Source: Octopus bimaculoides (lineage: Eukaryota). From it: a DNA stretch of 64,000 bases. The position numbers and the translations under genes were made by a program. Numbering within the stretch: the stretch's first letter is position 1; each line of letters begins with the position of its first letter. The DNA is taken from contig NC_068981.1 of NCBI RefSeq assembly GCF_001194135.2, positions 152,898,905 through 152,962,904 of the forward strand, written 5' to 3'. This document shows positions 39,635 through 46,800 of the stretch, in pieces. Below the pieces are notes generated by a model that was not told where the DNA came from, did no database searches, and saw only the letters and a program-made list of their open reading frames with translations.

Positions 39635-42600
39635 TACACATACGCATACACACATACCATACTTAAACATCTAATGCAATTATTGTTACAATTAATGTGG
39701 TCACAGTACGACTAAGTAGGTAACAAATGTTGTTTTTTTTTGTCTTGCAAGTACTTGGTGACCCTGTCAGTGCAGGTGCCACTTAAAAGCACCCAGTCCA
39801 CACTGTAAAGCGGTTGGTGTTCGAAAGGGCATCCAGCTGTAAAAGCCTTGCCTAAACTGACCTCGTCTGTGCTTGTGCCATGTAAAAAGCACATAAAAGG
39901 TCTACTCTGCTGAGAGGAGATAGGTGGTTAAAGTTGGTAAAAGAGAGAGATGTTGAAAATGATGTGTCTTGGTATATCTTCAAGTTAAAGGTAGATGAAT
40001 ATGAGTGAAATGGTTCTGAGGATTGGATAGGGTGAATGGATAGGTAAGTTTGTGAGAGTGGGAAATGGAAGGGAAGAAGGCAGTGTAGTGAGTGAACACA
40101 GGTGGAGGACAGGGTGTAGATATAATTAAAACTATGACTTTAATACATGGTCTCTACACATTGGCTTTTGGGTGTAATTTTCATTTTTGTCCATGAAATA
40201 ATGTACAGAGTCAAATTAAGTTGCAATACTATATTCAAAAAACATTTATTTATAAACCAAATATTGTTATTATTTTTTCCTCATATTTTAGGAGATTGTA
40301 TCTGAGAAAGTACGTAAGGATATTCTTCGTAATTCTTCTAAACTTATCCCAGCAGATATTGAGAAATGTGATATTGAAACAGAAAAAGAAAATCAGCCAG
40401 GTAATTTTATTCAAGTAAAATGACCTACTAGCTTGTTATGAATGAATGTTTGATTATCCTTTTTAAATTTTTTAAGTTAAAGAATTAAAATATTAAATGA
40501 TTGATTAAATGTTCCAATCACAACACTATCTAAATGTTTTTAATCAAGACATCAAGGCTTCTGCATGGTCACCTGATTTGCTAGAAACAGTAGCCAAATA
40601 TCTCATATTACAACCTAAATGAAGGGAAGGATGCATTGGACAATGTAATTTTAGATAACTATATTCCATAAAAAAATTAATAAAAGGTAAAAAACACAGG
40701 CTGGTGACATATATTTGCTCAATCAGGATTGACTTTTGTGCTCAACCAATTCCTATAAATTTCTGAAGCTCACTACATTTAGCTGGCATTAATTAAAAAT
40801 CTGTAATGACCCAGAACAAATACCACAAGGCATCTTGTCTAACACTCTGATGTTTCTCTTATCCATGTGATTGCCTTAATCTATCACCTAATTAAACACA
40901 AACACTTGGTCATTAAGGTGCCATTAGCAGAGTTCAATGCTGTTGCAATTATTCCAGCCTTGCCTCTAGTATGAAGATAACTTCACTTCCATCCTCCCAC
41001 TCATCTCAGAGGCCCTAAAAAGTGGATGTCATGGCTGCTCTTGTCCCTCCAATTTAAAACAACAAAGAAAAAAGCATGTTTGATCTGTGATCTTTCCTTA
41101 AACATTTTCCATACAACTAATCCATCTAACTTCACAATTTGAACAATTGAATTGTTGTTTGCTATTATTTTCTCTGCAGATAATACCTATGACATAGACA
41201 AGGACAAAGGTCTTGATGAATCATTGGATATAACTCCAAACTGTAAGCATAATAATCATTTCTTATTAACTTATAAATCTCAGTTAATGTTCAGAAAAAT
41301 TTTAATAGTCTTGGTCCCAAGCCCATGCTGGATTATCAATTTTGCCAAATTAAAAATGGTCATGCAATAGTAATTCAGAGTAAATTCTCAGAAGATGACT
41401 AGTAACTGTAGTTAAAAACTGTGTGTACGCTCGGCAAGTGTGTGCGTGCGTGCGTGCGTGCATGTGTGTTTGTGTCTGTTTATGGAAATGCATGTGGCGA
41501 GTTGCTTCCCTTTATCTAGCAACCATAACTTTGCACAAAGTAACAGACTGTTAACAACGTAAATATCGCTGAGGCCTCTGAAGACTGCACCTCGGCTTAG
41601 CCACAGCCCAATGATGAAATCAGTAAAAGAATGTATTGAGTTTTCTTTCTAATTAGACAAAAGAGAAAGAAAAGTAACTAATCATCCCAATATTTGTATG
41701 CTCATTGCTATTAAACATTTGTTGTTTTGAAACTAAACAAAAGGTTGCATTTATGTCAAATAACTAAATAAATAAATAAAAAAACCCTCGAAGTCATTTG
41801 CTGTTGGTTGATGGTACCTGTAAAAGAAGTGGTTAGGTTACCTCTTTGGATAATGCCTAGTCAGTGATATACTGCAAGCCATTGTCTCTTCAACTCTATT
41901 GATTCTTTCAGTGCACTACCTTTTTGTATTTCCTTTTAGTATGCTTTTGGCATTTAATTCACCCCATTCTCATCTGTATAATAAGGAATAGATAAACGCA
42001 CAGTGTTTCACTATTAATTCAAACTCATCATGATGGTAGTGAAACCTCTCAGATTATAAAATATATATTAGCGACAGAGGCAGTGTTAATACTCAGAGGT
42101 AATGTTTATCCCCACTTATATATATATTCTAGCAGAACATCCACATTTAAGTGAGGTTAAATATTCTTTTCTACTCTAGTCACAGAATACTCTAGAAATT
42201 TTGGGGGAGATGGCCAATTGATTAGACCAACCCCAGTATGCAACTGGTACTTAATTTATTAACCCTGAAAAGATGAAAGGCAAAGTCGACCTCAGCGGAA
42301 TTTGAACTCAGAACGTAAAGACAAACGTAATACGCTAAGCATTTCGCTCGGTGTGCTAACATTTCTTTCCAGCTCACCACCTTAGCAAGGATAACTATTA
42401 CCTCTCAGATTGCATAAGTTAAAAGCTGGAATCCAATGAGAGTTGTGGTGGTTTGCAGCAGTAAAAATTGCATTTAAATGGTTAAACTTGCTCTGAATTC
42501 AATAAATTTTAACATGCCATAGGCACAAATGTGACTATGTGGTTAACAAGGTTGCTTCTCTACCTCATGGTTCAGGGTTCAGTCCCACAGCATGGCACCT

Positions 42601-43138
42601 TGGCAAGTATCTTCTATTCTTCTATGTATAGCCTTGGATTTAATACCTTAGATTTGGTAAACGAGAACTGAATGAAGTCCATCATGTGTGTGTATCCTTG
42701 ATTTGACATTGTATGACAATAATAAAATGATTGTCATTGTCATACAAGCAGTGTCATTCATTTCCATTATTCTGCAAGAACATGTCTAGCCATGGGAAAT
42801 ATCACCTTACCTGGAAACAAGTGAGGGTTGGTGACAGGAAGGGCATCCAGCCTAGGAATTCTGCCTCAATAAACTCTGACTCATGCAAGCATGGAAAAGT
42901 GGACGTTAAAATGATAATGATAACAATGATGATGATAGTGATGATACATTGTTTATGAAATTTTATAAATTATTTGATTTGTATATCGTGGTAATTTTGG
43001 TTTATGTTGAATGTACTTTCAGTTTGCTTCAGCAAAGAAAGACACCGAATACAGACTGAAACAAAGTTTATGAATGAAATTCGTCAGCTGCGACAACGTT
43101 TGGCCAGAGAGAGTTACCAACAGAAACCACCATCATAA
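3360..43138 (+). CDS. TBC1D31: TBC1 domain family member 31 (WDR67); WD40 repeats + TBC domain + coiled-coil tail; 21 coding exons, 5'-partial
   Basis: Manually spliced exons give one continuous frame (2782 nt, all GT-AG, phases match). Peptides match recalled human TBC1D31 blocks, e.g. [50 protein letters not shown]. The first coding exon was not found in the window. Confidence 0.95.
3990..5370 (-). mobile_element. fossil CRE-clade (RLE-endonuclease) non-LTR retrotransposon, 3' part
   Basis: Minus-strand peptides [16 protein letters not shown] (5242-5289), [21 protein letters not shown] and [38 protein letters not shown] (4166-4279), in the order expected for CRE post-RT/CCHC/RLE; many stops and frameshifts. 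Confidence 0.7.
4408..4634 (-). mobile_element. tRNA-headed SINE (family B) with 14-bp TSD
   Basis: Flanked by ACCTTTTAATATCA at 4394-4407 and 4635-4648; head GGTGAGCTGGCAGA...TGAGTTCAAGTT on the minus strand. Confidence 0.9.
6480..6700 (-). mobile_element. highly decayed CR1/L2-like LINE fragment
   Basis: Frameshifted [15 protein letters not shown] resembles the CR1 YCCHIWG...LLDKVQ block. Confidence 0.3.
7140..7300 (-). mobile_element. decayed RTE ORF2 C-terminal fragment
   Basis: Frameshifted [21 protein letters not shown] similar to [18 protein letters not shown] at 13906. Confidence 0.45.
7378..7590. mobile_element. foldback MITE-like element
   Basis: 13-bp perfect terminal IR (AAGTAATGTTTAT) and a 66-bp inner inverted repeat around a 3-nt loop. 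Confidence 0.75.
8777..9257. repeat. compound (TA)n/(TG)n/(TATG)n microsatellite tracts around a short dispersed repeat, running into an N gap
   Basis: Direct reading. Confidence 0.95.
10088..10355 (+). mobile_element. SINE family B with expanded (ATT)n tail
   Basis: GTGAGCTGGCAGAA head, GAGTTCAAATTCC B-box, AAATAAGTACCAG body, (ATT)n from about 10298 to 10355. Confidence 0.85.
10643..10758 (+). CDS. TBC1D31: TBC1D31 coding exon, WD40
   Basis: ttatcag|G...G|gtaaag; [38 protein letters not shown]. Confidence 0.93.
10900..11200 (+). mobile_element. decayed CR1-like LINE 3' end
   Basis: [16 protein letters not shown]...[16 protein letters not shown] resembles CR1 LFYRYYHG.CSSEL...RTNSY..SFFPRT..LWN. 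Confidence 0.5.
12650..12808 (+). mobile_element. short 5'-truncated young RTE 3' tail
   Basis: Nearly identical to the 51470-51626 tail; ends GGACGTTAAAC(GAT)n. Confidence 0.9.
13107..13285 (+). CDS. TBC1D31: TBC1D31 coding exon, WD40
   Basis: gtttag|AA...GAG|gtagat; [59 protein letters not shown]. Confidence 0.94.
13465..13848 (+). mobile_element. RTE-derived 3' UTR element with three ~60-bp internal subrepeats
   Basis: AAAAGCACC recurs near 13486, 13551, 13609 and 13674; (GAT)n tail. Confidence 0.85.
13876..14557 (+). mobile_element. young 5'-truncated RTE LINE
   Basis: Intact [19 protein letters not shown]...[11 protein letters not shown]...EKTRQAK*; 3' UTR with gap; (GAT)n tail; CpGs retained. 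Confidence 0.95.
14950..15720 (+). mobile_element. decayed Penelope-like element (RT thumb/linker up to start of GIY-YIG)
   Basis: [52 protein letters not shown] resembles PLE WFNPPYS.NVKTNIG..FL.LI.KHF..K.SYSC.PN..SIIS.HN.K.L..CNCR. Confidence 0.7.
16218..16366 (+). CDS. TBC1D31: TBC1D31 coding exon, WD40
   Basis: tttcag|GTA...CG|gtaaga; [49 protein letters not shown]. Confidence 0.94.
16575..17000 (-). mobile_element. two tandem family-B SINEs
   Basis: Two successive copies of the AAAGGATGAA.GGC.A.GT...ATTTGAACTCAG body. Confidence 0.8.
17134..17293 (+). CDS. TBC1D31: TBC1D31 coding exon, WD40
   Basis: ctccag|G...AAG|gtaaga; [53 protein letters not shown]. Confidence 0.93.
17986..18186 (+). 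CDS. TBC1D31: TBC1D31 coding exon, WD40
   Basis: tttcag|ATA...AAG|gtatgc; [26 protein letters not shown]...[14 protein letters not shown]. Confidence 0.94.
18300..18840 (-). repeat. RTE-type 3' tail with expanded ~25-30-bp minisatellite (TGGCACCAGCA...TTTTTACC)
   Basis: More than ten degenerate TGGCACCAGCA units at 18440-18830, next to a (CAT)n-tailed tail. Confidence 0.85.
19570..20020 (-). mobile_element. two tandem family-B SINEs
   Basis: Same body motifs as 4408-4634. Confidence 0.75.
20056..20460 (+). mobile_element. full-length family-A SINE with central (TG)n
   Basis: GCAGGAGTGGCTGTG head, GGTTCAGTCCC B-box, GATAGAATAAGTAC body, GTAAAAG tail. Confidence 0.9.
20610..20714 (+). CDS. 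TBC1D31: TBC1D31 coding exon, linker
   Basis: ttctag|CCT...GAG|gtgagt; [35 protein letters not shown]. Confidence 0.9.
21220..21700 (-). mobile_element. old RTE LINE fragment with internal deletion of the RT core
   Basis: MLKI...[36 protein letters not shown] joined in frame to SFCYPGD...[11 protein letters not shown]. Confidence 0.85.
22253..22335 (+). CDS. TBC1D31: TBC1D31 coding exon, start of TBC domain
   Basis: ctacag|GAC...AG|gttaga; [27 protein letters not shown]. Confidence 0.92.
22961..23107 (+). CDS. TBC1D31: TBC1D31 coding exon, TBC domain
   Basis: atacag|A...AG|gtaata; [48 protein letters not shown]. Confidence 0.95.
23880..24200 (+). mobile_element. tRNA-headed SINE (family D; other copies 28640-28975 minus, 30400-30620 plus)
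   Basis: GCCTAGTGGTT A-box-like, GAGTTTGATTCC B-box-like, AGCAAGACACTT..CTCAG core. Confidence 0.75.
24353..24486 (+). CDS. TBC1D31: TBC1D31 coding exon, TBC domain
   Basis: ttgtag|G...A|gtaagt; [44 protein letters not shown]. Confidence 0.95.
25397..25530 (+). CDS. TBC1D31: TBC1D31 coding exon, TBC domain
   Basis: ttcaag|TT...CAG|gtatat; [44 protein letters not shown]. Confidence 0.95.
26175..26556 (+). mobile_element. young family-A SINE (gap in central microsatellite)
   Basis: Clean head and body with CpGs retained. Confidence 0.9.
26960..27345 (-). mobile_element. family-A SINE, inverted relative to 26175-26556
   Basis: Reverse complement of family-A body and head. Confidence 0.85.
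30142..30321 (+). CDS. TBC1D31: TBC1D31 coding exon, TBC domain
   Basis: ccatag|ATT...AAG|gtaaat; [60 protein letters not shown]. Confidence 0.95.
30728..30907 (+). CDS. TBC1D31: TBC1D31 coding exon
   Basis: ttttag|TTT...CAG|gtgagt; [21 protein letters not shown]...[20 protein letters not shown]. Confidence 0.95.
31040..31445 (+). mobile_element. full-length family-A SINE
   Basis: Head, core and tail motifs as at 20056. Confidence 0.88.
31470..31690 (-). mobile_element. family-B SINE
   Basis: AAAGTCGACCTCAGCGGAATTTGAACTCAG body. Confidence 0.88.
32300..32609. mobile_element. hAT (Charlie-like) MITE
   Basis: TIRs TAGTGGTTCCCAAAGT / AGTTTGAGGACCACTA; 8-bp TSD GTATAGCC / GTCTAGCC (7 of 8 match). 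Confidence 0.8.
32799..33018. mobile_element. piggyBac-type MITE
   Basis: TTAA|CCCTTTAGCATT ... AATGCTAAATGG|TTGA (right end decayed). Confidence 0.75.
33233..33285 (+). CDS. TBC1D31: TBC1D31 coding exon, coiled coil
   Basis: ttccag|AAA...AG|gttaga; [17 protein letters not shown]. Confidence 0.92.
34674..34826 (+). CDS. TBC1D31: TBC1D31 coding exon, coiled coil
   Basis: attcag|A...CA|gtaagt; [50 protein letters not shown]. Confidence 0.93.
35621..35756 (+). CDS. TBC1D31: TBC1D31 coding exon, coiled coil (alternative in-frame donor at 35744)
   Basis: tataag|G...CAG|gttggt; [45 protein letters not shown]. Confidence 0.85.
37216..37308 (+). CDS. TBC1D31: TBC1D31 coding exon, coiled coil
   Basis: tttcag|GAG...CAA|gtaagt; [31 protein letters not shown]. 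Confidence 0.88.
39361..39492 (+). CDS. TBC1D31: TBC1D31 coding exon
   Basis: ttttag|GAG...CAG|gtaata; [44 protein letters not shown]; phase 0-0 fits neighbours; weak homology. Confidence 0.8.
40292..40400 (+). CDS. TBC1D31: TBC1D31 coding exon
   Basis: ttttag|GAG...G|gtaatt; [36 protein letters not shown]; supported by splice signals and phase only. Confidence 0.75.
41180..41242 (+). CDS. TBC1D31: TBC1D31 coding exon
   Basis: ctgcag|AT...T|gtaagc; [20 protein letters not shown]; phase 1-1 fits neighbours. Confidence 0.72.
42170..42385 (-). mobile_element. family-B SINE
   Basis: Body near-identical to 31470-31690. Confidence 0.88.
43023..43138 (+). CDS. TBC1D31: TBC1D31 last coding exon
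   Basis: tttcag|TT...TAA; [37 protein letters not shown]; resembles the human C-terminal ...VRNLRQRL. Confidence 0.88.
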
Positions 43139-43974
43139 CATCAACACGTTACTAAGATATTCTGACAAGCTTTTCTCTCAGATACTTCTTGAGGAATAAT
43201 GGGTTTACGAATGCAAGTTTGTGCTTGAGCATCATTGTATATGACAGAACCAACTGCTCATTTGTGTAGTTTAGGTTGCTGCCATTGTCATTAAGTAGCT
43301 TCAAATAAGTCTGCTTGAACAGTGTGGATACTTAGATGTAAATAATAGAGATTGTTTGCTGGAGAGCTCTGCATCATACATGCTGTCATTAGTGTTACTG
43401 AGTTTATATACATACATACTTACATACATATATATATATGTATATTTGTGTGTGTGTTAACATTCACACTCACTGCTGGAAATTTATTACCTGTGAAAAG
43501 TTTTTTACATACATAAGTTAAAAGCTGGAATTCAATGAGAGCAGTGGTGGTTTGCAGCAGTAAAAATTGCCTTTATTGGCAATGTTTAAAGTTTCTGAGG
43601 TTTGTACACCATTGGCAAAGGAACTCTAGATGTTTGGGACAAAGTCCTTTTTTAAGAAGAGAGAAAAAGATTATACTTTTTTCTCTTTGTCTGTAGTCCA
43701 TGCAAGTTTGGACATTGTGTACACAAAGGACAAAACAGCCTTTTCTCTCTTTCCCCAAAGAACGTTGTAGGAAACACTGGATATTCTTCACCCCAGTGGC
43801 ATTTGAACTTCAAGTGTTGCATCCCATCAAAAAGGGCACCAAAGAATAATAGATCGAAGAGGAGGAGGAGGACAATGGCATAAATATATTTTAATTTTTA
43901 ACTACATATTTTATCTGTTTTACTTATGAATTGGCTTTGTATATGCTTATATTTATTTATATTGAGTATTACAT

Positions 43975-43980
43975 AATAAA
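43975..43980 (+). terminator. candidate polyadenylation signal of TBC1D31 (second AATAAA at 44110-44115)
   Basis: AATAAA about 840 nt after the stop codon, followed by T-rich sequence. Confidence 0.4.
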
Positions 43981-44199
43981 CACATGAAATAATAATACGT
44001 ACCTGATTTTTAATTATAAGTTAGGGTTGTAATATATAACTAAATACTTTTTATTTTAGCTCATCAAAAATGAATTAAATCTACATCTTCTAACATAGTT
44101 TCTTTTTCTAATAAATTTCTTTAAATGATTTTATGATAATATGTTCGTTTCTGTTAAAATTTTTCTTTAAATTTTCAAGTGTTGACTTGTTTGTATCCA

Positions 44200-44482
44200 G
44201 TGTCCCCTGTCTGAATCTTGTGCCAGTGGCACATAAAAAGCACCATTCGAATGTAGCCGATGCCAGTACCCACTGATTGGCTCGCATGCCGGTGACACAT
44301 AAAAAGCACCCACTACACTCTCGGAGTGGTTGACGTTAGGAAGGGCATCCAGCTATAGAAACATTGCCAGATCAGATTGGAGCCTGGTGCAGCCACTAGC
44401 TCTCCAAACCTCAGTCAAACTACCCAACCCATGCCAGTATGGAAAACAGACGTTAAACAATGATGATGATGATGATGATGAT
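44200..44482 (+). mobile_element. RTE-type 3' tail element with (GAT)n
   Basis: AAAAGCACC subrepeats, AGGAAGGGCATCCAGC, GACGTTAAAC(GAT)n; similar tails near 15960, 36100, 38181(-), 39770, 59580. Confidence 0.88.
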
Positions 44483-44869
44483 GGGGCCTTTTGACCTTGT
44501 GCCCTCCCTTCAAGAAATTCCTGGGACTGCACCTGGAAATATGCCCTGTGCATTATATGACATGCAGAACAGGCAAAGGGTCAAACAACTAATGGACCCC
44601 ACTGCCTTCTTGTTATCTGCTGCTCCTTTGTGAGCTCACAACTGCCTGAAGTTGATACTACTACTCAAGTTAAGAACCACTGCTACAAATGAACAGAACA
44701 AACGAGTGAGCATGCCTTTCTATGTGGAACCTCATCATACAGAACAAGTCTTAAATTGTAGGCAATGATTTTTAGTAAAGAATGAAAAGTTGGATTAGGG
44801 TGTAAATATTTAACCTTTGACAGATCTCACAATTTTCCATAATTTTCTTTGAGATCTCGCAATCATAAC

Positions 44870-45110
44870 AACAAAACCTGCTACCAATCACTGGCCTTCC
44901 TCATCAACTTTAGAATGTACTTCAGCTCTAATTAGATGTTGACTCTCTACAAAGCTCAAGTATGACCAACAATGTAGTACTGTTTTCAGGTTGCTACTCT
45001 ACACATTTCCTGGATCACTTCAAAAGGAGACAGGTTATTTGACTGCATCTCACTCACTCTCCATCACTCTACAACCACTAATCCACAGATATTCTCTGTG
45101 TGTTCATTTC
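44870..45110 (+). mobile_element. decayed CR1-like LINE, post-RT region
   Basis: SLAFLINFRMYFSSN*MLTLYKAQV*PTM*YCF (44888-44987) vs CR1 KLGFL.RAR.YFS..QLL.LYKAQVRP.MEYC. Confidence 0.7.
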
Positions 45111-45149
45111 CATTTCACTTCAAGTATATCATTCATACTTTAATAAAAG

Positions 45150-46340
45150 TAGTAATGTCGCACACTAATTTATTTTGGTATATACGTATGTATCATCAGT
45201 AGTTCATATATCTGAAAAAGAAGCACACTCTAAAACAGAACAGTAATATATTTAGAAGGTTGTTTGTTATGGCCAGTTAGAGAGTGACTATTGGTTTCAG
45301 ACCTTTAAAATACTTATCTGTATAGGAAGCTTGTCAGACTCAAATGGTCAGAGGCACATGACCTTTCTACAACTGGAGGGAGAAAAACGTCATGGTCAGT
45401 TAGTTTTGTAAACAAAAGATATCCAGAACAATACCCTTCTGGTAAGCTTTCGGGTAGGTGGGGTTATCCCCCTTACATTGGTTCCAGTCATGTCTAAGGA
45501 TTTTTAAAGCTAGTGGTGTGTTCCTATTCAGCAAATGGGGAATTCCAAGTTTGCAACAGGAAACACCTCTGATTAGGGCATTGATTAAACACTTCTTTTC
45601 TAGAGCTTAAAAAGGTCTCCAGATCAAGTGAGTTTTTCAGGATCCTTGCTCTCTTGGCCAAGCAAAGCTTACATCATTTGCTCCTGTTGAGGTATGACCC
45701 TGGATGTTCTAAGAGCTTCCATTTAATTATGTGTGGCATATCCTCCTATTTTAAACACCACACATAGTTGGCTAGGGATGTGATATTGTGCATCTCCAGT
45801 ATCCTAAATGAGGACCTGTAGTTACTCAGGTGCTGCTTAAAGGGGCCACCTATGGAACTGCCATGTTTCCATGTCTGTGCACTTGCACTAGTGGTGTTAT
45901 AGCTGCTGTTGTTGCTATTGTTAACTCTGCTGCTGGGCCTGATGCAGGTGCTGCTGTTGCTCCAGTCACAAGTGTTGTTGCTACTTCTGGATGTGATCCT
46001 GGTGCTGTAGTTGCAACTGGTGTAGCTGACACTGCTGGCTGCATTGCTATTGGTGTAGCCATTGGTGTTGCTGCCATAGCTGGCTCTGCCACTTGATGCA
46101 TTACTGGTGTGGCTGCTGCTGCTGCCACTGACATTGCTGTTGTTGTTGGCAGATGTGTCACTGATGCTGTTGCTGTCACTGTGGTTGCCAGAGCCGGTCA
46201 CCACCTCATTCTCATACACTACCCTCTCAACAGGCAGTGTATGAGCTTGACTTGCTGACCACTTGTCAACACACTCCAACACGCCTATACTGTCTTCTCA
46301 TCCCGTCTTTTCTACCACAGCTGCTGTGGCCTCAATTCTT
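45150..46340 (-). mobile_element. decayed Penelope-like element, GIY-YIG endonuclease and 3' end
   Basis: VVYENEV...GGPFKQHLSNYRSSFR..NITSLANYVWCLK*..IKWKLLE..CKLCL..RKEVFNQC; typical PLE GIY-YIG C-terminal blocks. Confidence 0.8.
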
Positions 46341-46369
46341 CAGACCTAGCTGATGTTGAGTCACTCCCA

Positions 46370-46594
46370 ACAAAACCTGTTTGATTCACTTATTCTTTTA
46401 CTAGCTTCAGTCATTTGATTGCTGCCATGCTGGAGCCCTACCTTGGAGGGTTTTAGTTGAACAAATCGACCCCCAAGACTTATTTTTTAAGCCTAGTACT
46501 TATTCTATCCATTTCTTTTGCCGAACCGCTAACTTATGGGGACATAAACACACCGACACTGATTGTCAAGTGGTAATGGGGAGATAAATACAAG

Positions 46595-46628
<34 letters not shown>

Positions 46629-46640
46629 CGACGGGCTTCT
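46370..46640 (-). mobile_element. family-A SINE, 3' half
   Basis: AGCCTAGTACTTATTCTATC..GAACCGCTAAC body, (CA)n linker. Confidence 0.85.
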
Positions 46641-46800
46641 TTTCATAACCCATATTGTGTTTCCCTTCACACAGGTGTCACAATAGCCTTGAGTACCAAT
46701 CTTTTTTCCTTAGAGAATCACTTATCTGAAATTTCCCTGCTTCCCATATTTTTGCTGCAATTGTTCAAAGGAGACTAACAACCTCAGTTATGTTAGTCTT
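46640..46800 (+). mobile_element. CR1-like 3' end fragment
   Basis: HNPYCVSL...ACCAATCTTTTTTCCTTAGA...; resembles CR1 H.Y.V.LP..RT....SFFPRT..LWN. Confidence 0.4.

Noticed and set aside
45193-45199. CTGATGA on the minus strand near the PLE end
   Set aside because: No GAAA or stem III at a compatible distance.
45850-46179. Mucin-like Ala/Thr/Pro ORF (and its + strand shadow) as a host gene
   Set aside because: Alternative frame of the low-complexity loop inside the PLE GIY-YIG remnant; no splice or promoter support.
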